Virus record (IMG/VR): IMGVR_UViG_3300020202_000016
Span: 1-50,021 of that record
Length of the DNA: 50,021 nt
Reading direction: 5' to 3' (one strand)
Source of the DNA: a virus
Lineage: Duplodnaviria > Caudoviricetes
Part shown: piece after piece, positions 8,286 to 17,419 of the stretch
Layout of the letters: each line of letters begins with the position of its first letter
Numbering within the stretch: the stretch's first letter is position 1
Notes under the pieces: generated by a model
What the model saw: only the letters and a program-made list of their open reading frames with translations
Databases searched by the model: none
Told to the model about the DNA's origin: nothing
Position numbers and translations under genes: made by a program

Positions 8286-9056
8286 ATGAAGATTGAGATT
8301 AAAAACTTTTGGAATGCTCAAGTATTATTTAGCTTTGAATGCGAAGGCAATACGATTGCAATTACGCTAAAAGCGGCCGTCAACGCAAAAACAAACCTGA
8401 GCGATGCAGACCTGCGCGGTGCAGTCCTGAGCGGTGCAGTCCTGCGCGGTGCAGTCCTGCGCGGTGCAGTCCTGAGCGGTGCAGTCCTGAGCGGTGCAGT
8501 CCTGCGCGGTGCAGACCTGAGCGGTGCAAACCTGAGCGATGCAGACCTGAGCGATGCAGACCTGAGCGGTGCAGTCCTGAGCGGTGCAGTCCTGAGCGGT
8601 GCAGTCCTGAGCGGTGCAAACCTGCGCCGTGCAGTCCTGAGCGGCGCAGACCTGAGCGATGCAGTCCTGCGCGGTGCAGTCCTGAGCGCTGCAGTCCTGA
8701 GCGGCGCAGACCTGAGCGGTGCAGTCCTGAGCGGTGCAAACCTGCGCGGTGTGCCTTGTATTGAAAACATTCACCAAACAATTTTCGCGGCAGCCTCCCA
8801 GCCGTGCGCACTTAACATGGCTCAATGGCATACATGCGAAACCACACATTGCCGCGCCGGATGGGTCGTTGCGAAAGCAGGTGAAGCTGGCGCAGCAATG
8901 GAATACTGTATTGGTACAGCAGCGGCCGCAGCATTAATCTATTTAAAAAGTGATCCTCACTTGGAGAAATTTCCTAATTTCTACGCTAGTGATGAAGAAG
9001 CATTGGCTGATATGGAACGATTGGCTCGGTTGGAAGCGGCGAGGGTAACGATATGA
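8286..9056 (+). CDS. Pentapeptide-repeat protein with C-terminal Cys/His domain
   Basis: 24 x [VDN]L[SR]xA; C-terminal WHTCETTHCRAGW. Confidence 0.9.
   Translation: MKIEIKNFWNAQVLFSFECEGNTIAITLKAAVNAKTNLSDADLRGAVLSGAVLRGAVLRGAVLSGAVLSGAVLRGADLSGANLSDADLSDADLSGAVLSGAVLSGAVLSGANLRRAVLSGADLSDAVLRGAVLSAAVLSGADLSGAVLSGANLRGVPCIENIHQTIFAAASQPCALNMAQWHTCETTHCRAGWVVAKAGEAGAAMEYCIGTAAAAALIYLKSDPHLEKFPNFYASDEEALADMERLARLEAARVTI
8394..8753 (+). repeat. 24 tandem 15-bp repeats (consensus GTCCTGAGCGGTGCA)
   Basis: Directly visible; encodes the pentapeptides. Confidence 0.95.
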
Positions 9057-9681
9057 AATCAACTTGCCTTACCACGTCGTCGCTTGAAACTATCCGCGCT
9101 ACGTTAACGCTTGAGATGTTAGACACGACGCCAGCTAACACTCCATGCATGAAGGTACAGCGTGTGCACGCAAAGGCGGTCGATAAAGCCCCGCGTAGAT
9201 CATTAACCGCGCGCAGACCGTTCATAAATCTGAATTCAGCGTCGTACGAAGAGGATTGAACATGACTAATAATTTATTACAGCAGATTCTTGATTCACCT
9301 ATCGGATCGATTCTGTTGATGCGGGATCAACCCACCATACGTCAAGCAATTTCAGACGTATGCGACTCGATGGCGCGGTTGAAAAAAACCGAAGCAATTG
9401 ATGAACAAGCATCTTACTGCACATTAGGAAGTGAGAATCATGAAAGCATTTAGACCAAACTTAGATCGCTCCGGCGCAGTGCACCAGATGCGCCAAGATC
9501 GCTTAGCAGAACATCAAGTTCTACCGCTGCGCAAATATGCAGCAGAGCGTGCAGAGAAGGTTCGCGTGCGCGTTGCACTTCTTGGCGACGTGTTAGAGGA
9601 GTCTGTCGATAGGCTGGATAAGGTGGACAGCAAAGAAAGTTCGTTTTCGATGAGCCATGAAGACATTGTAAAAAACCTGGT

Positions 9682-10005
9682 ATGAAACTAGAGAATCCAT
9701 TTGATTGCGACGAAGGTCGGAAGGCTATACACGGCTTCGTAAGCGGCGCGCATTTTACTGTGCATCGGAGCACTGCAATTTGCACGATGCAGTTTATGGA
9801 CGGGACTGTTTTTATGTCGTTCCTGCATTTCACGGATGATCGAATCAGCAACGAAGATCGGAAGCTGATGGCTTATAACAAGGCCATCGACCGAGTAGTT
9901 AAAAGATACGGTGCTGTTGGCGCTCTTGGGCACGATAGCTTTTATTGCAACCTGAGCAAAGAACTTGGAAGGATAGTCAGTCACGCATCGAATGGGAGAT
10001 CGTGA
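9682..10005 (+). CDS. Hypothetical phage protein
   Basis: Coupled ORF in the early operon. Confidence 0.5.
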   Translation: MKLENPFDCDEGRKAIHGFVSGAHFTVHRSTAICTMQFMDGTVFMSFLHFTDDRISNEDRKLMAYNKAIDRVVKRYGAVGALGHDSFYCNLSKELGRIVSHASNGRS

Positions 10006-10095
10006 TGTGGTCCTTAATATTTTTGCTGATTATTTTATTGCTGCTAGGCGGTGTCGGCATAACATACGCCGGGCTTCTTTGGGTCAACTTTCAAA

Positions 10096-10395
10096 ATGAA
10101 TGATGCTAGTATGAAACCCTATCTAACTGACGCAGAAATTGCCGATATTTGCAAGCCTCTAACCCAGCCAGCCGCGCAATGTAAATATTTAAGATCGCTG
10201 AATTTACTAGTAAAAGTAAAGCCAGGCGGCGGCCCGCTAATAGGCCGCTCACATTTTGAAAAAGTAATGGGTGGTGCGACCACCTCACAAAATGAAGAGA
10301 GCATGTCAAAAGAAGACGAACCGGATCGATCCGCAATGATTATAAAATTTAGACAAAAGAAAGTAGCCCATGCCACCGAACGGCCGGAAGCGTAA
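10096..10395 (+). CDS. Excisionase-like protein (DUF4224-type)
   Basis: YLTDAEIADIC..QPAAQCKYL..KPGGGPLI; overlaps the integrase start. Confidence 0.7.
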   Translation: MNDASMKPYLTDAEIADICKPLTQPAAQCKYLRSLNLLVKVKPGGGPLIGRSHFEKVMGGATTSQNEESMSKEDEPDRSAMIIKFRQKKVAHATERPEA

Positions 10396-11431
10396 AACTA
10401 ACGACCTGAACTTACCGAGCCGTGTTTATTTTAAGCATGGTCAGTTTTGGTACGTGCATCGTGACAGGCGCTGGGAACCTCTCGGTGCCGATGTAAAAGA
10501 AGCCATCCGGAAAGGCAAGCTTTATAACGACCCAGACAACGTATATGGCACGATGGCATATTACCTTGATGCTTTTATCGTGCACTGCGAAAAGCGCATC
10601 GGTGCAAAATCAAACGCACTCGCACCGCGCACATACGAAGACTATAAACGCAACATCGAGCCGCTGAAAATTTACTTCGGAAAAATGACACCGGCAGCAG
10701 TGAAGCCCAACCACGTTGGAAGTTATTTGGATCTCGGCGTTGAGCTTGATCGACCTATACGCGCAAACCGTGAGAAGGCCTGCCTATCAGCGTGCTTTAC
10801 GTGGATGATTCGGACCGGTGATGCCGGCATAACAACTAATCCGTGCATCGGTGTGCGGCGCAACCCTGAAACTAAGCGGGATCGCTACGTTACCAATGCA
10901 GAATTTCATGCAGTACGACAAGTTGCACCGCTGTCAGTGCGTTCGATGATGGACTTGATCTATCGCACGTTGCAAAGACCAGAAGATATTATTGGATGGT
11001 CGCGCGCTAACATCCAAACCAAGATCGAAAACGGCACGGCGCGCAAAGTTTTGCGGAATGATCAGGGCAAAACTGGAAAAATAGTCGACATCGCAATTAC
11101 CCCCGAAATTGACAGCATTCTGCACGCCCTATTCGGCGCTGCCGGGCCGGTGGTAGGCATGACACTTATCCATCGCAAGAACGGGCGCCAGTACACCTAC
11201 AGCGGCCTCTGTACGATGCTCAAGCGAGCAATTAAAAAAGCTGGCGTACCGATGTTTGGTTTTTACGATTTGAAGGGTAAGGGCGCAACTGATATGTGGC
11301 AAAGCGGTCAGCCGATCGAACTGATCCAATTGCTATGCGGCCACGAATCATCCAAGACAACGGAGGTATATATCAAGCAACGTTGGGTTGCCACAGCAAC
11401 ACCAAATCAGGTAGCATTCGTGTCTAATTAA
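10370..11431 (+). CDS. int: Tyrosine integrase
   Basis: R(TLQRPED), K(QGKT), FYDLKGK, LCGH and Y(TTEVY) catalytic motifs. Confidence 0.92.
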   Translation: MPPNGRKRKTNDLNLPSRVYFKHGQFWYVHRDRRWEPLGADVKEAIRKGKLYNDPDNVYGTMAYYLDAFIVHCEKRIGAKSNALAPRTYEDYKRNIEPLKIYFGKMTPAAVKPNHVGSYLDLGVELDRPIRANREKACLSACFTWMIRTGDAGITTNPCIGVRRNPETKRDRYVTNAEFHAVRQVAPLSVRSMMDLIYRTLQRPEDIIGWSRANIQTKIENGTARKVLRNDQGKTGKIVDIAITPEIDSILHALFGAAGPVVGMTLIHRKNGRQYTYSGLCTMLKRAIKKAGVPMFGFYDLKGKGATDMWQSGQPIELIQLLCGHESSKTTEVYIKQRWVATATPNQVAFVSN

Positions 11432-11671
11432 GTGGCTCGAACCCGCATACAATCTATGTTCAGTTTTCGATTTGATAGCCGCGTTGTTAGACAATCGACA
11501 ATACAAATTGCTAGGTATTATGCGGCTCTCAGCATAGTTTAGGCATGAGACTGTTAATCCGCAGGTCCCTGGTTCGAGTCCAGGTTGGGGAGCCAATAAA
11601 ATCAATAACATAGGCCGTATTTAGCGGCTTCTATCCTGAACGTATTAGACATATTGTTAGACACTGTCTAA
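11421..11671 (+). other. attP: core is the 3' half of tRNA-Asn(GTT) (11549-11595), flanked by TTAGACA/TGTCTAA arm repeats
   Basis: GACTGTTAATCCGCAGGTCCCTGGTTCGAGTCCAGGTTGGGGAGCCA with no 5' half; arm motifs at 11421, 11487, 11645, 11657 and 11665. Confidence 0.85.
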
Positions 11672-12094
11672 CAAACTACTTGAAATGAACTGCCCGGAAT
11701 TGCCGGATAGTTCCAACACGCATGCACATTACGCCGGAGTTTTGGGAAGCTCGTTAGCTTGTAGTGTGCAGTCGTGTTGGTGAACGAAAAAAGGACGCTT
11801 TTTTTGGAGTGGCATTTCTCTCTATTGAATCGCAAGTTTGATTCTTGCCACTAACACATCCGCGCTGGCGATGTAAAAGACCAGCACCAACACAAAGCGG
11901 GCAGCGTGGAAGGAAAAGCGCTTACCTAGGAATAGTTTCACAAAGTGCTTGATAATTTCCGATTTCGGCGCGTTGCTTACACTCGTAGAACACGAGAGCG
12001 TTACGGACAATTGGCAAAACCGAGCGGTGTGGGCCTATCTTGAGCAAATGCCGGCAGACTGGCCGATTGTTTTGTACTGGCACTAAGGAAAAGA

Positions 12095-12412
12095 ATGAAG
12101 AAAGTATCTGAATTAGATTTCTTGGTAGCCGAGCACTTGACCACGCTAGATCAAATGATCGAACGCTTAAAATTCGCGCGCAAGAAAATCGGGCACGGCG
12201 ATGTTGCGGTATGTGTTGCAGTTCCAGGTTCCAATGGATTCACAACGCCTTACATTCGCGTCACTCTCCCCACAGTGCTTCTAGCTGAAGGCAGCACAAG
12301 AGGTACAGAAGCATTGGTGATTGGAGCTTTTCCAGCGCCGCGAAATCCTCCGATACCAACAACGTTCCCATTTAAAGTTATAGAGAAAGGCAACGACAGT
12401 GAAAGTAATTAA
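12095..12412 (+). CDS. Hypothetical protein overlapping the rtcB start
   Basis: AAGGA RBS; 105 aa ORF. Confidence 0.55.
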   Translation: MKKVSELDFLVAEHLTTLDQMIERLKFARKKIGHGDVAVCVAVPGSNGFTTPYIRVTLPTVLLAEGSTRGTEALVIGAFPAPRNPPIPTTFPFKVIEKGNDSESN

Positions 12413-13586
12413 TGAAGACGGCTCTCGTCCGATTAAAATTTGGACGGACTATGTAGAAGATTCTGCTTTAGTCCAGTTAAAAAACTTGGCGCGGCTACCA
12501 TTTATTGCCGGCAATGGCGTTGCCTGTATGCCGGATGTTCATGCCGGAATAGGTTCGACTGTCGGCACCGTCATCGCGACAAACAAAGCAATTATTCCGG
12601 CCGCTGTTGGGGTTGATATTGGTTGCGGCATGAATGCGATAAGGCTGTCACTCAAGGCTTCTGATCTGCCGGAATCGCTTATAGAAATCCGCCATCAGAT
12701 CGAACGAGACATTCCTCTTGGTGCCGGCGGTGCAAACAAAGAGCGCTGCTATCAGCAGGGAATCATTGAGAGCGGCCACTTAAGGGCCGTGTCTACAGGT
12801 ATGGGCATCATCAATGATTCTTTGATACATAAAGCAGCAGTTCAGTTAGGTTCGCTGGGTTCAGGTAATCACTTTATAGAAATTTGTCTCGATGAAAATC
12901 AAGACGTTTGGATCATGCTTCACTCTGGTTCGCGTGGAGTGGGAAATAGAATCGGGACACACTTTATCGAAAAAGCCAAACGCGACATGGAAAGGTTTTT
13001 TATCAACCTTCCAGATAAAGACCTGGCCTATCTACCCGAAGACACCGAAACGTTTAACGATTACGTTAGCGCCGTTAGCTGGGCCCAAGACTACGCTTTA
13101 GAAAATAGAAAGCGAATGATGGAAAAAGTTATTGCTGCGCTTTCTGTGCATATCCCGATTGGATTTTCAATCACACAAGAAGCGATCAATTGCCACCATA
13201 ACTATATCGCCCTAGAAAACCATTTTGGTCAAAACTTATGGGTTACACGCAAGGGCGCTATACGAGCACGCGAAGGTGATCTAGGAATTATTCCCGGGTC
13301 AATGGGGCAGCGCAGCTATATTGTGCGCGGCAAAGGCAATCCAGAATCCTACTGCTCATGCTCACACGGCGCCGGACGTAAGATGAGCCGCACGCAAGCG
13401 CGAAAAACCTTCACGATTGCTGACTTACAATCGCAAACTGAAGGTGTTGAATGCCGCAAAGACAACTCCGTATTAGATGAAATTCCAGGCGCTTATAAAT
13501 CAATTGATGAGGTGATGGCAAACCAAACTGATCTTGTCGATGTCGTGCATATATTGAAGCAAGTCTTGTGCGTCAAAGGTTCTTAA
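12399..13586 (+). CDS. rtcB: RtcB RNA ligase
   Basis: MPDVHAG, VGVDIGCGM, GSLGSGNHFIE, LHSGSRG, HHNY, SHGAGR and DEIPGAYK motifs all intact. Confidence 0.96.
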   Translation: MKVINEDGSRPIKIWTDYVEDSALVQLKNLARLPFIAGNGVACMPDVHAGIGSTVGTVIATNKAIIPAAVGVDIGCGMNAIRLSLKASDLPESLIEIRHQIERDIPLGAGGANKERCYQQGIIESGHLRAVSTGMGIINDSLIHKAAVQLGSLGSGNHFIEICLDENQDVWIMLHSGSRGVGNRIGTHFIEKAKRDMERFFINLPDKDLAYLPEDTETFNDYVSAVSWAQDYALENRKRMMEKVIAALSVHIPIGFSITQEAINCHHNYIALENHFGQNLWVTRKGAIRAREGDLGIIPGSMGQRSYIVRGKGNPESYCSCSHGAGRKMSRTQARKTFTIADLQSQTEGVECRKDNSVLDEIPGAYKSIDEVMANQTDLVDVVHILKQVLCVKGS

Positions 13587-13598
13587 ATAGACTCGGTC

Positions 13599-14129
13599 AT
13601 GAAAAAAATACTAACCGCCCTGCTCTTATTGCCGTGCCTCGCGCTTGGCGCACCGCAACCATTGCCAACCGGCGCGACATACGAGGTTGCATTCTCTCCG
13701 CGCGGACAGTCGCTGCAGATCGTCCTGAGTGGCATCAACGGCGCGCGCGAGTCGATCCTAGTTGCGGCGTACCCGTTCACGAGCAAGCCGATCGCCACCG
13801 CACTGCTCGACGCTCACAAGCGCGGGGTACGCGTGCAAATCGTCGCGGACAAGAAGAGCAACAGCGGCAAATACAGCGCGGTTACGTTCCTCGCAAACCA
13901 GGGTGTACCGGTGCGACTCAACGACCGCTATGCGATACATCATCATAAGTTCATGGTCATCGATGGCACAACGTTGGAGACCGGATCGTTTAACTATTCT
14001 GCCGGCGCGGTTAACAAGAATGCTGAGAATGTGATCGTGTTGCGCAACGCGGCACCGGTGGCGCAGGCCTATGCGCGCGAGTGGCAGCGGTTGTGGGATG
14101 AAGCCTACGAACTTAAACCCGCTTACTAG
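13599..14129 (+). CDS. nuc: Secreted PLD-family (Nuc-like) endonuclease
   Basis: Signal peptide; single HKD motif HHKFMVID..GSFNYS..NAEN. Confidence 0.88.
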   Translation: MKKILTALLLLPCLALGAPQPLPTGATYEVAFSPRGQSLQIVLSGINGARESILVAAYPFTSKPIATALLDAHKRGVRVQIVADKKSNSGKYSAVTFLANQGVPVRLNDRYAIHHHKFMVIDGTTLETGSFNYSAGAVNKNAENVIVLRNAAPVAQAYAREWQRLWDEAYELKPAY

Positions 14130-14192
14130 CAAGTCGCGCTGCATATGTTATGATGCGCGCACTGAATTACAATACAGGATAACCATCAATAG

Positions 14193-14665
14193 TGAGGTTC
14201 CCTCGATATTTCGTCCACCATCAGGTGATGTTATGCAGCGGATTTTTTCTGAGTTTGCTGATTCCTCCAGTGGTCGAGATATTGAATGGGAGATTGATAG
14301 CCAAGTGTCGAATGTTGGCGAGTTCGATTATAAAAGACTTCAATGTACTCAAAGCTGGCAGCCTTCATTTCGGTATGGGTAGCGTAACGTAGGCCATGAT
14401 ATCGCTCGTTTTTGAAACTGTTAAACCAGCTCTCGGTCGGGGCGTTGTCCCAGCAGTTTCCTTTGCGACTCATCGAACAGGTCATGCCAAATTCCTTGAG
14501 CTTGTCTTGAAACATCTGACTCGCGTATTGGCTGCCGCGATCCGAATGATGCATAACGCCGGCATCCGGCCGACGGCGAAACCAGGCCATGGTTAAAGCA
14601 TCCGTCGCAATATCGCTCGTCATACGAGGCTTGAGTGACCAGCCTATGATTTCTCGATTGAACAA
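14193..14665 (-). pseudogene. IS3-family remnant: transposase C-terminus and right end
   Basis: HSDRGSQY..GNCWDNAPTESWFNSFK..YNRTRQHSTLGY; IR-like TGAGGTTCCCTCG at 14193; 5' truncated. Confidence 0.85.
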
Positions 14666-14720
14666 ATAACCTGAATGTTGTTATGCCTTGGGAGCTATTA
14701 TTACCACCTGAACCACCCCA

Positions 14721-14933
14721 AATGAGTTTGCCTTATGAAGAAGCCGGAACAGTTGGAACCGCAACCGCCGAGCAAGAGTGCCTTTGACGATCTGTTGAAG
14801 CGAATGCTATCAACACCGCCAAAGCCGCATCCGAAACCAGCGAAGAAAGTCGCAAATAAAAAAACCGCCAAATAGGCGGTTTTTTTATTTTAGGACCGAT
14901 CGTATAGCTGGGTTTCCTTAGTACACACTTCCG
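14721..14933 (+). mobile_element. Possible IS1595-family right-end remnant with small ORF 14735-14875
   Basis: NEFA fragment followed by FDDLLKRMLSTPPKPH peptide and a putative end GTACACACTTCC. Confidence 0.4.
14858..14886. terminator. Bidirectional intrinsic terminator
   Basis: A-tract, ACCGCC-aaata-GGCGGT, T-tract. Confidence 0.75.
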
Positions 14934-14961
14934 AATTTTTTGGTTGATTGCAGATAATATC

Positions 14962-14990
14962 TTGACAAGCGCAGTTTGTGTGCGTATAGT
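14962..14990 (+). promoter_or_regulatory. sigma70 promoter of the Y RNA/rsr operon, with an inverted repeat in the spacer
   Basis: TTGACA-N17-TATAGT; GCGCA-N7-TGCGT at 14969-14985. Confidence 0.8.
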
Positions 14991-14998
14991 GCGATTTG

Positions 14999-15123
14999 TG
15001 CTTGGTGTAGATAACGGTTACTTCCATTGGGCGGAGAGGGTCGCGGGTTCGAGTCCCGTCAGTCGGCAACGACTGTAGCTCAGCGGTAGAGCATCTAAAT
15101 CTCCGTTATCGTTTGTTCCGGCA
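14999..15123 (+). ncRNA. yrlA: YrlA-type Y RNA (circularly permuted tRNA mimic)
   Basis: Stem GATAACGG/CCGTTATC; T-arm GCGGG-TTCGAGT-CCCGT, then acceptor-like CAGTCG-GCAA-CGACTG, then D-arm GCTC-AGCGGTA-GAGC; upstream of the Ro gene. Confidence 0.85.
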
Positions 15124-15131
15124 AAGTTTTG

Positions 15132-15221
15132 TGGGTAGTGTAGATTGCGGTTACTTCGGTTAGGGCCAACGCAAGTTGGCTGCTGGTTCAAGCCCAGCGT
15201 CCGCCATCGTTTGTTCTCCCA
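15132..15221 (+). ncRNA. Second Y-RNA-like ncRNA
   Basis: Shares GTGTAGATnnCGGTTACTTC and CCGnnATCGTTTGTTC with the first RNA; GCAA hairpin and T-arm GCTGG-TTCAAGC-CCAGC. Confidence 0.78.
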
Positions 15222-15259
15222 ATGCCAACATCGAGCCTCTTTTTTAATCAGGAGGCATT

Positions 15260-16579
15260 ATGCGTACTAATGTCAAATATGCAGGCGCTGAAAAAACATA
15301 CGAAGGCGCGCTATCTACTAGAGTCATGACGCCAGCCGAAGAGCTGCGCCGCTCGGTTATGGCGTGCATGCTCTTCGAAAATTCTTTCTATGAATCCGGC
15401 GCAGATGCTGCGGGCCGCATGCAGGCCCTGGTCAAGCAGGTTCCATTCGCGGATGCGGCGCAAATTGCAATCGATGCTCGCGAAAAAATGAAACTTCGGC
15501 ATGCGCCATTATTTTTATTGCGCGAACTGCTTCGGTATCATAAAGGGCGTGAGGTAGGCGATTTGATCGCTCGTGTAATCCAGCGCCCTGATGAGCTCGG
15601 GGAGTTGCTAGCTTTGTACTGGAAAGACGGAAAAGATCAACCCCTGACCTCACAGCTCAAAATCGGATTGGCTCGCGCTCTCAAAAAATTCTCACCGCAC
15701 CAATTAGCAAAATGGAATAAGGACAGCGCAGTAAAGCTGCGCGATGTTTTATTCTTATCGCACGCAAAACCAAAGAATGATGAACAGGTTAATTTATTTA
15801 AACAGTTAGCTGAAAATACCTTGCCAACCCCGGACACTTGGGAGGTTGCACTCTCAGGCGGTGCCGATAAAAAAGAAGTTTTCACTCGGCTAATAACCGA
15901 AAAGAAACTTGGCGCACTCGCCCTATTGCGTAACTTGCGCGGAATGCTAGAGGCCGGGGTATCAGAAGATACTATTCGCGACGGACTAACAAACATGGAT
16001 GCGGAGCGAATCTTACCATTTCGCTTTATCTCTGCCGCAAAACACGCTCCGCGTTTAGAGGACGCGCTAGAGCAAGCCATGTTCCGCTGTCTTGCGGAAA
16101 GCCCAAAACTTAGCGGCAAGACTGCTTTACTAATCGACCATTCCGGATCAATGCAAAGTCCTGTGTCAGAAAAATCGGAAATTTCTAGATTCGATGCAGC
16201 AGCAGCCCTAGCGATGATATTGCGCGAAACAGCCGAGCAATGCCGCATATTTACATTCTCGGATCGATTGATCGAAGTCCCGCCGCGCCGTGGCTTTGCT
16301 CTGGTTGAGGCCGTTCGTCAAGTAATTAATCCGGCAGAAACGCTACTAGGCGCTGCCGTAAAAATGGTCTATCTACAGTTTCCAGAATGCAATCGAATCA
16401 TCGTTATAACTGATGAGCAATCACGGGATCGGCCGCCCCACCCACAGGGGGGTGGCTATATTATCAATGTAGCGGGATATCGAAACGGCATTGGCTATGG
16501 CCCATGGGTAACAATTGATGGATGGTCGGAGGCGGTAATTGAGTATATTCGAGCGAGCGAAGAAACCGCTTCCCAGTGA
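15260..16579 (+). CDS. rsr: Ro60/Rsr RNA-binding protein (TROVE + vWA)
   Basis: QRPDELGELL, KLRDVLFLSHAKP, TWEVALS, ALLRNLRGM and LPFRF motifs; MIDAS DHSGS...ITDEQ; AGGAGG RBS. Confidence 0.93.
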   Translation: MRTNVKYAGAEKTYEGALSTRVMTPAEELRRSVMACMLFENSFYESGADAAGRMQALVKQVPFADAAQIAIDAREKMKLRHAPLFLLRELLRYHKGREVGDLIARVIQRPDELGELLALYWKDGKDQPLTSQLKIGLARALKKFSPHQLAKWNKDSAVKLRDVLFLSHAKPKNDEQVNLFKQLAENTLPTPDTWEVALSGGADKKEVFTRLITEKKLGALALLRNLRGMLEAGVSEDTIRDGLTNMDAERILPFRFISAAKHAPRLEDALEQAMFRCLAESPKLSGKTALLIDHSGSMQSPVSEKSEISRFDAAAALAMILRETAEQCRIFTFSDRLIEVPPRRGFALVEAVRQVINPAETLLGAAVKMVYLQFPECNRIIVITDEQSRDRPPHPQGGGYIINVAGYRNGIGYGPWVTIDGWSEAVIEYIRASEETASQ

Positions 16580-16733
16580 CATAAAAGAAGCGCGGCTTGC
16601 TGCTGGCTTAACGCAACAGCAAGCCGCTGAATTGATCGGTTATTCGCGTCGTGCATGGCAAGAATGGGAATGCGGTCGTCGCAATATGCGGTTCTTGGTT
16701 TTTGAAGCATTTAAAATTGCTACGGAAAAATAG
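16539..16733 (+). CDS. XRE-family HTH regulator
   Basis: IKEARLAAGLTQQQAAELIGYSRRAWQEWECGRRNM; overlaps the rsr 3' end. Confidence 0.85.
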   Translation: MSIFERAKKPLPSDIKEARLAAGLTQQQAAELIGYSRRAWQEWECGRRNMRFLVFEAFKIATEK

Positions 16734-16759
16734 CTGTTTTTACAGATCGATTGTCAACC

Positions 16760-17041
16760 ATGACCTACTTATTTGAAGATCGAGAACCAGATTTTGTCAA
16801 CGAGAAAGGGGTTAAATGGTGGCTAGATAAAGCAATATCGGATTACGCACAAAAAGCAGATCAGAACGGTATTAAGGTTGATGCAACTGGGTTTGTGATC
16901 GAGATGCAAAATGGTTTTCGTAGTTATGTGTTGCTATCGAAGGGTGGTAAGATTTTAAGCGATGACCAGAAGCTGGAAGCAATATATTGTAAAATTGACA
17001 TACTAAAACTTGCTGAGAAATATGATCGCCAAGACGCGTGA
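16760..17041 (+). CDS. Hypothetical phage protein
   Basis: ORF downstream of the XRE gene. Confidence 0.55.
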   Translation: MTYLFEDREPDFVNEKGVKWWLDKAISDYAQKADQNGIKVDATGFVIEMQNGFRSYVLLSKGGKILSDDQKLEAIYCKIDILKLAEKYDRQDA

Positions 17042-17419
17042 GGAGGAATTCATGAACATTAAGTATGTTGTAGTGCCGGACGAACCAATTCAAGGAATAA
17101 CGGCGGACAATATGATGGAAAATTCTTAGAGGATTTTCTTGATTACGATGGTGAGCCCTCTCTTTATGTAAGATTATGGCATGTCCTTTCGCGGGAAGAG
17201 ATGATGCAGCTATCTAAAGACTGTGTAACCTGGAGGAATCCGCAGGATGAATATATCAGGAAACGAATATCGAACGCTGGCAGAAATCAGTTTGATTATG
17301 AATTCAGGCGAACGATTCACTTCTATCCAGAGCCTTTTGATGCGAAATAAGTGGATATATACAGAAGGTATACATATCGAGAATGATATGTATAGAAAAG
17401 TCGATTTTTTAGATACATC

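Noticed and set aside
8394-8753. CRISPR array
   Set aside because: Contiguous 15-bp in-frame coding repeats with no spacers and no cas genes
8318-8849. Alternative-frame repetitive ORFs (CSPER, TAQDC, GLHRS)
   Set aside because: Shadow frames of the stop-free 15-bp repeat
11521-11595. Functional tRNA-Asn gene
   Set aside because: The 5' acceptor strand and D-arm are absent; it is the att core
15040-15095. Ordinary tRNA or tRNA pseudogene
   Set aside because: The T-arm precedes the D-arm, the acceptor-like stem is loop-closed, there is no CCA, and it lies beside a Ro gene; this fits YrlA
16539-17041. HigBA-type toxin-antitoxin pair
   Set aside because: No recognisable RelE/HigB toxin is adjacent; the HTH protein fits better as the operon regulator
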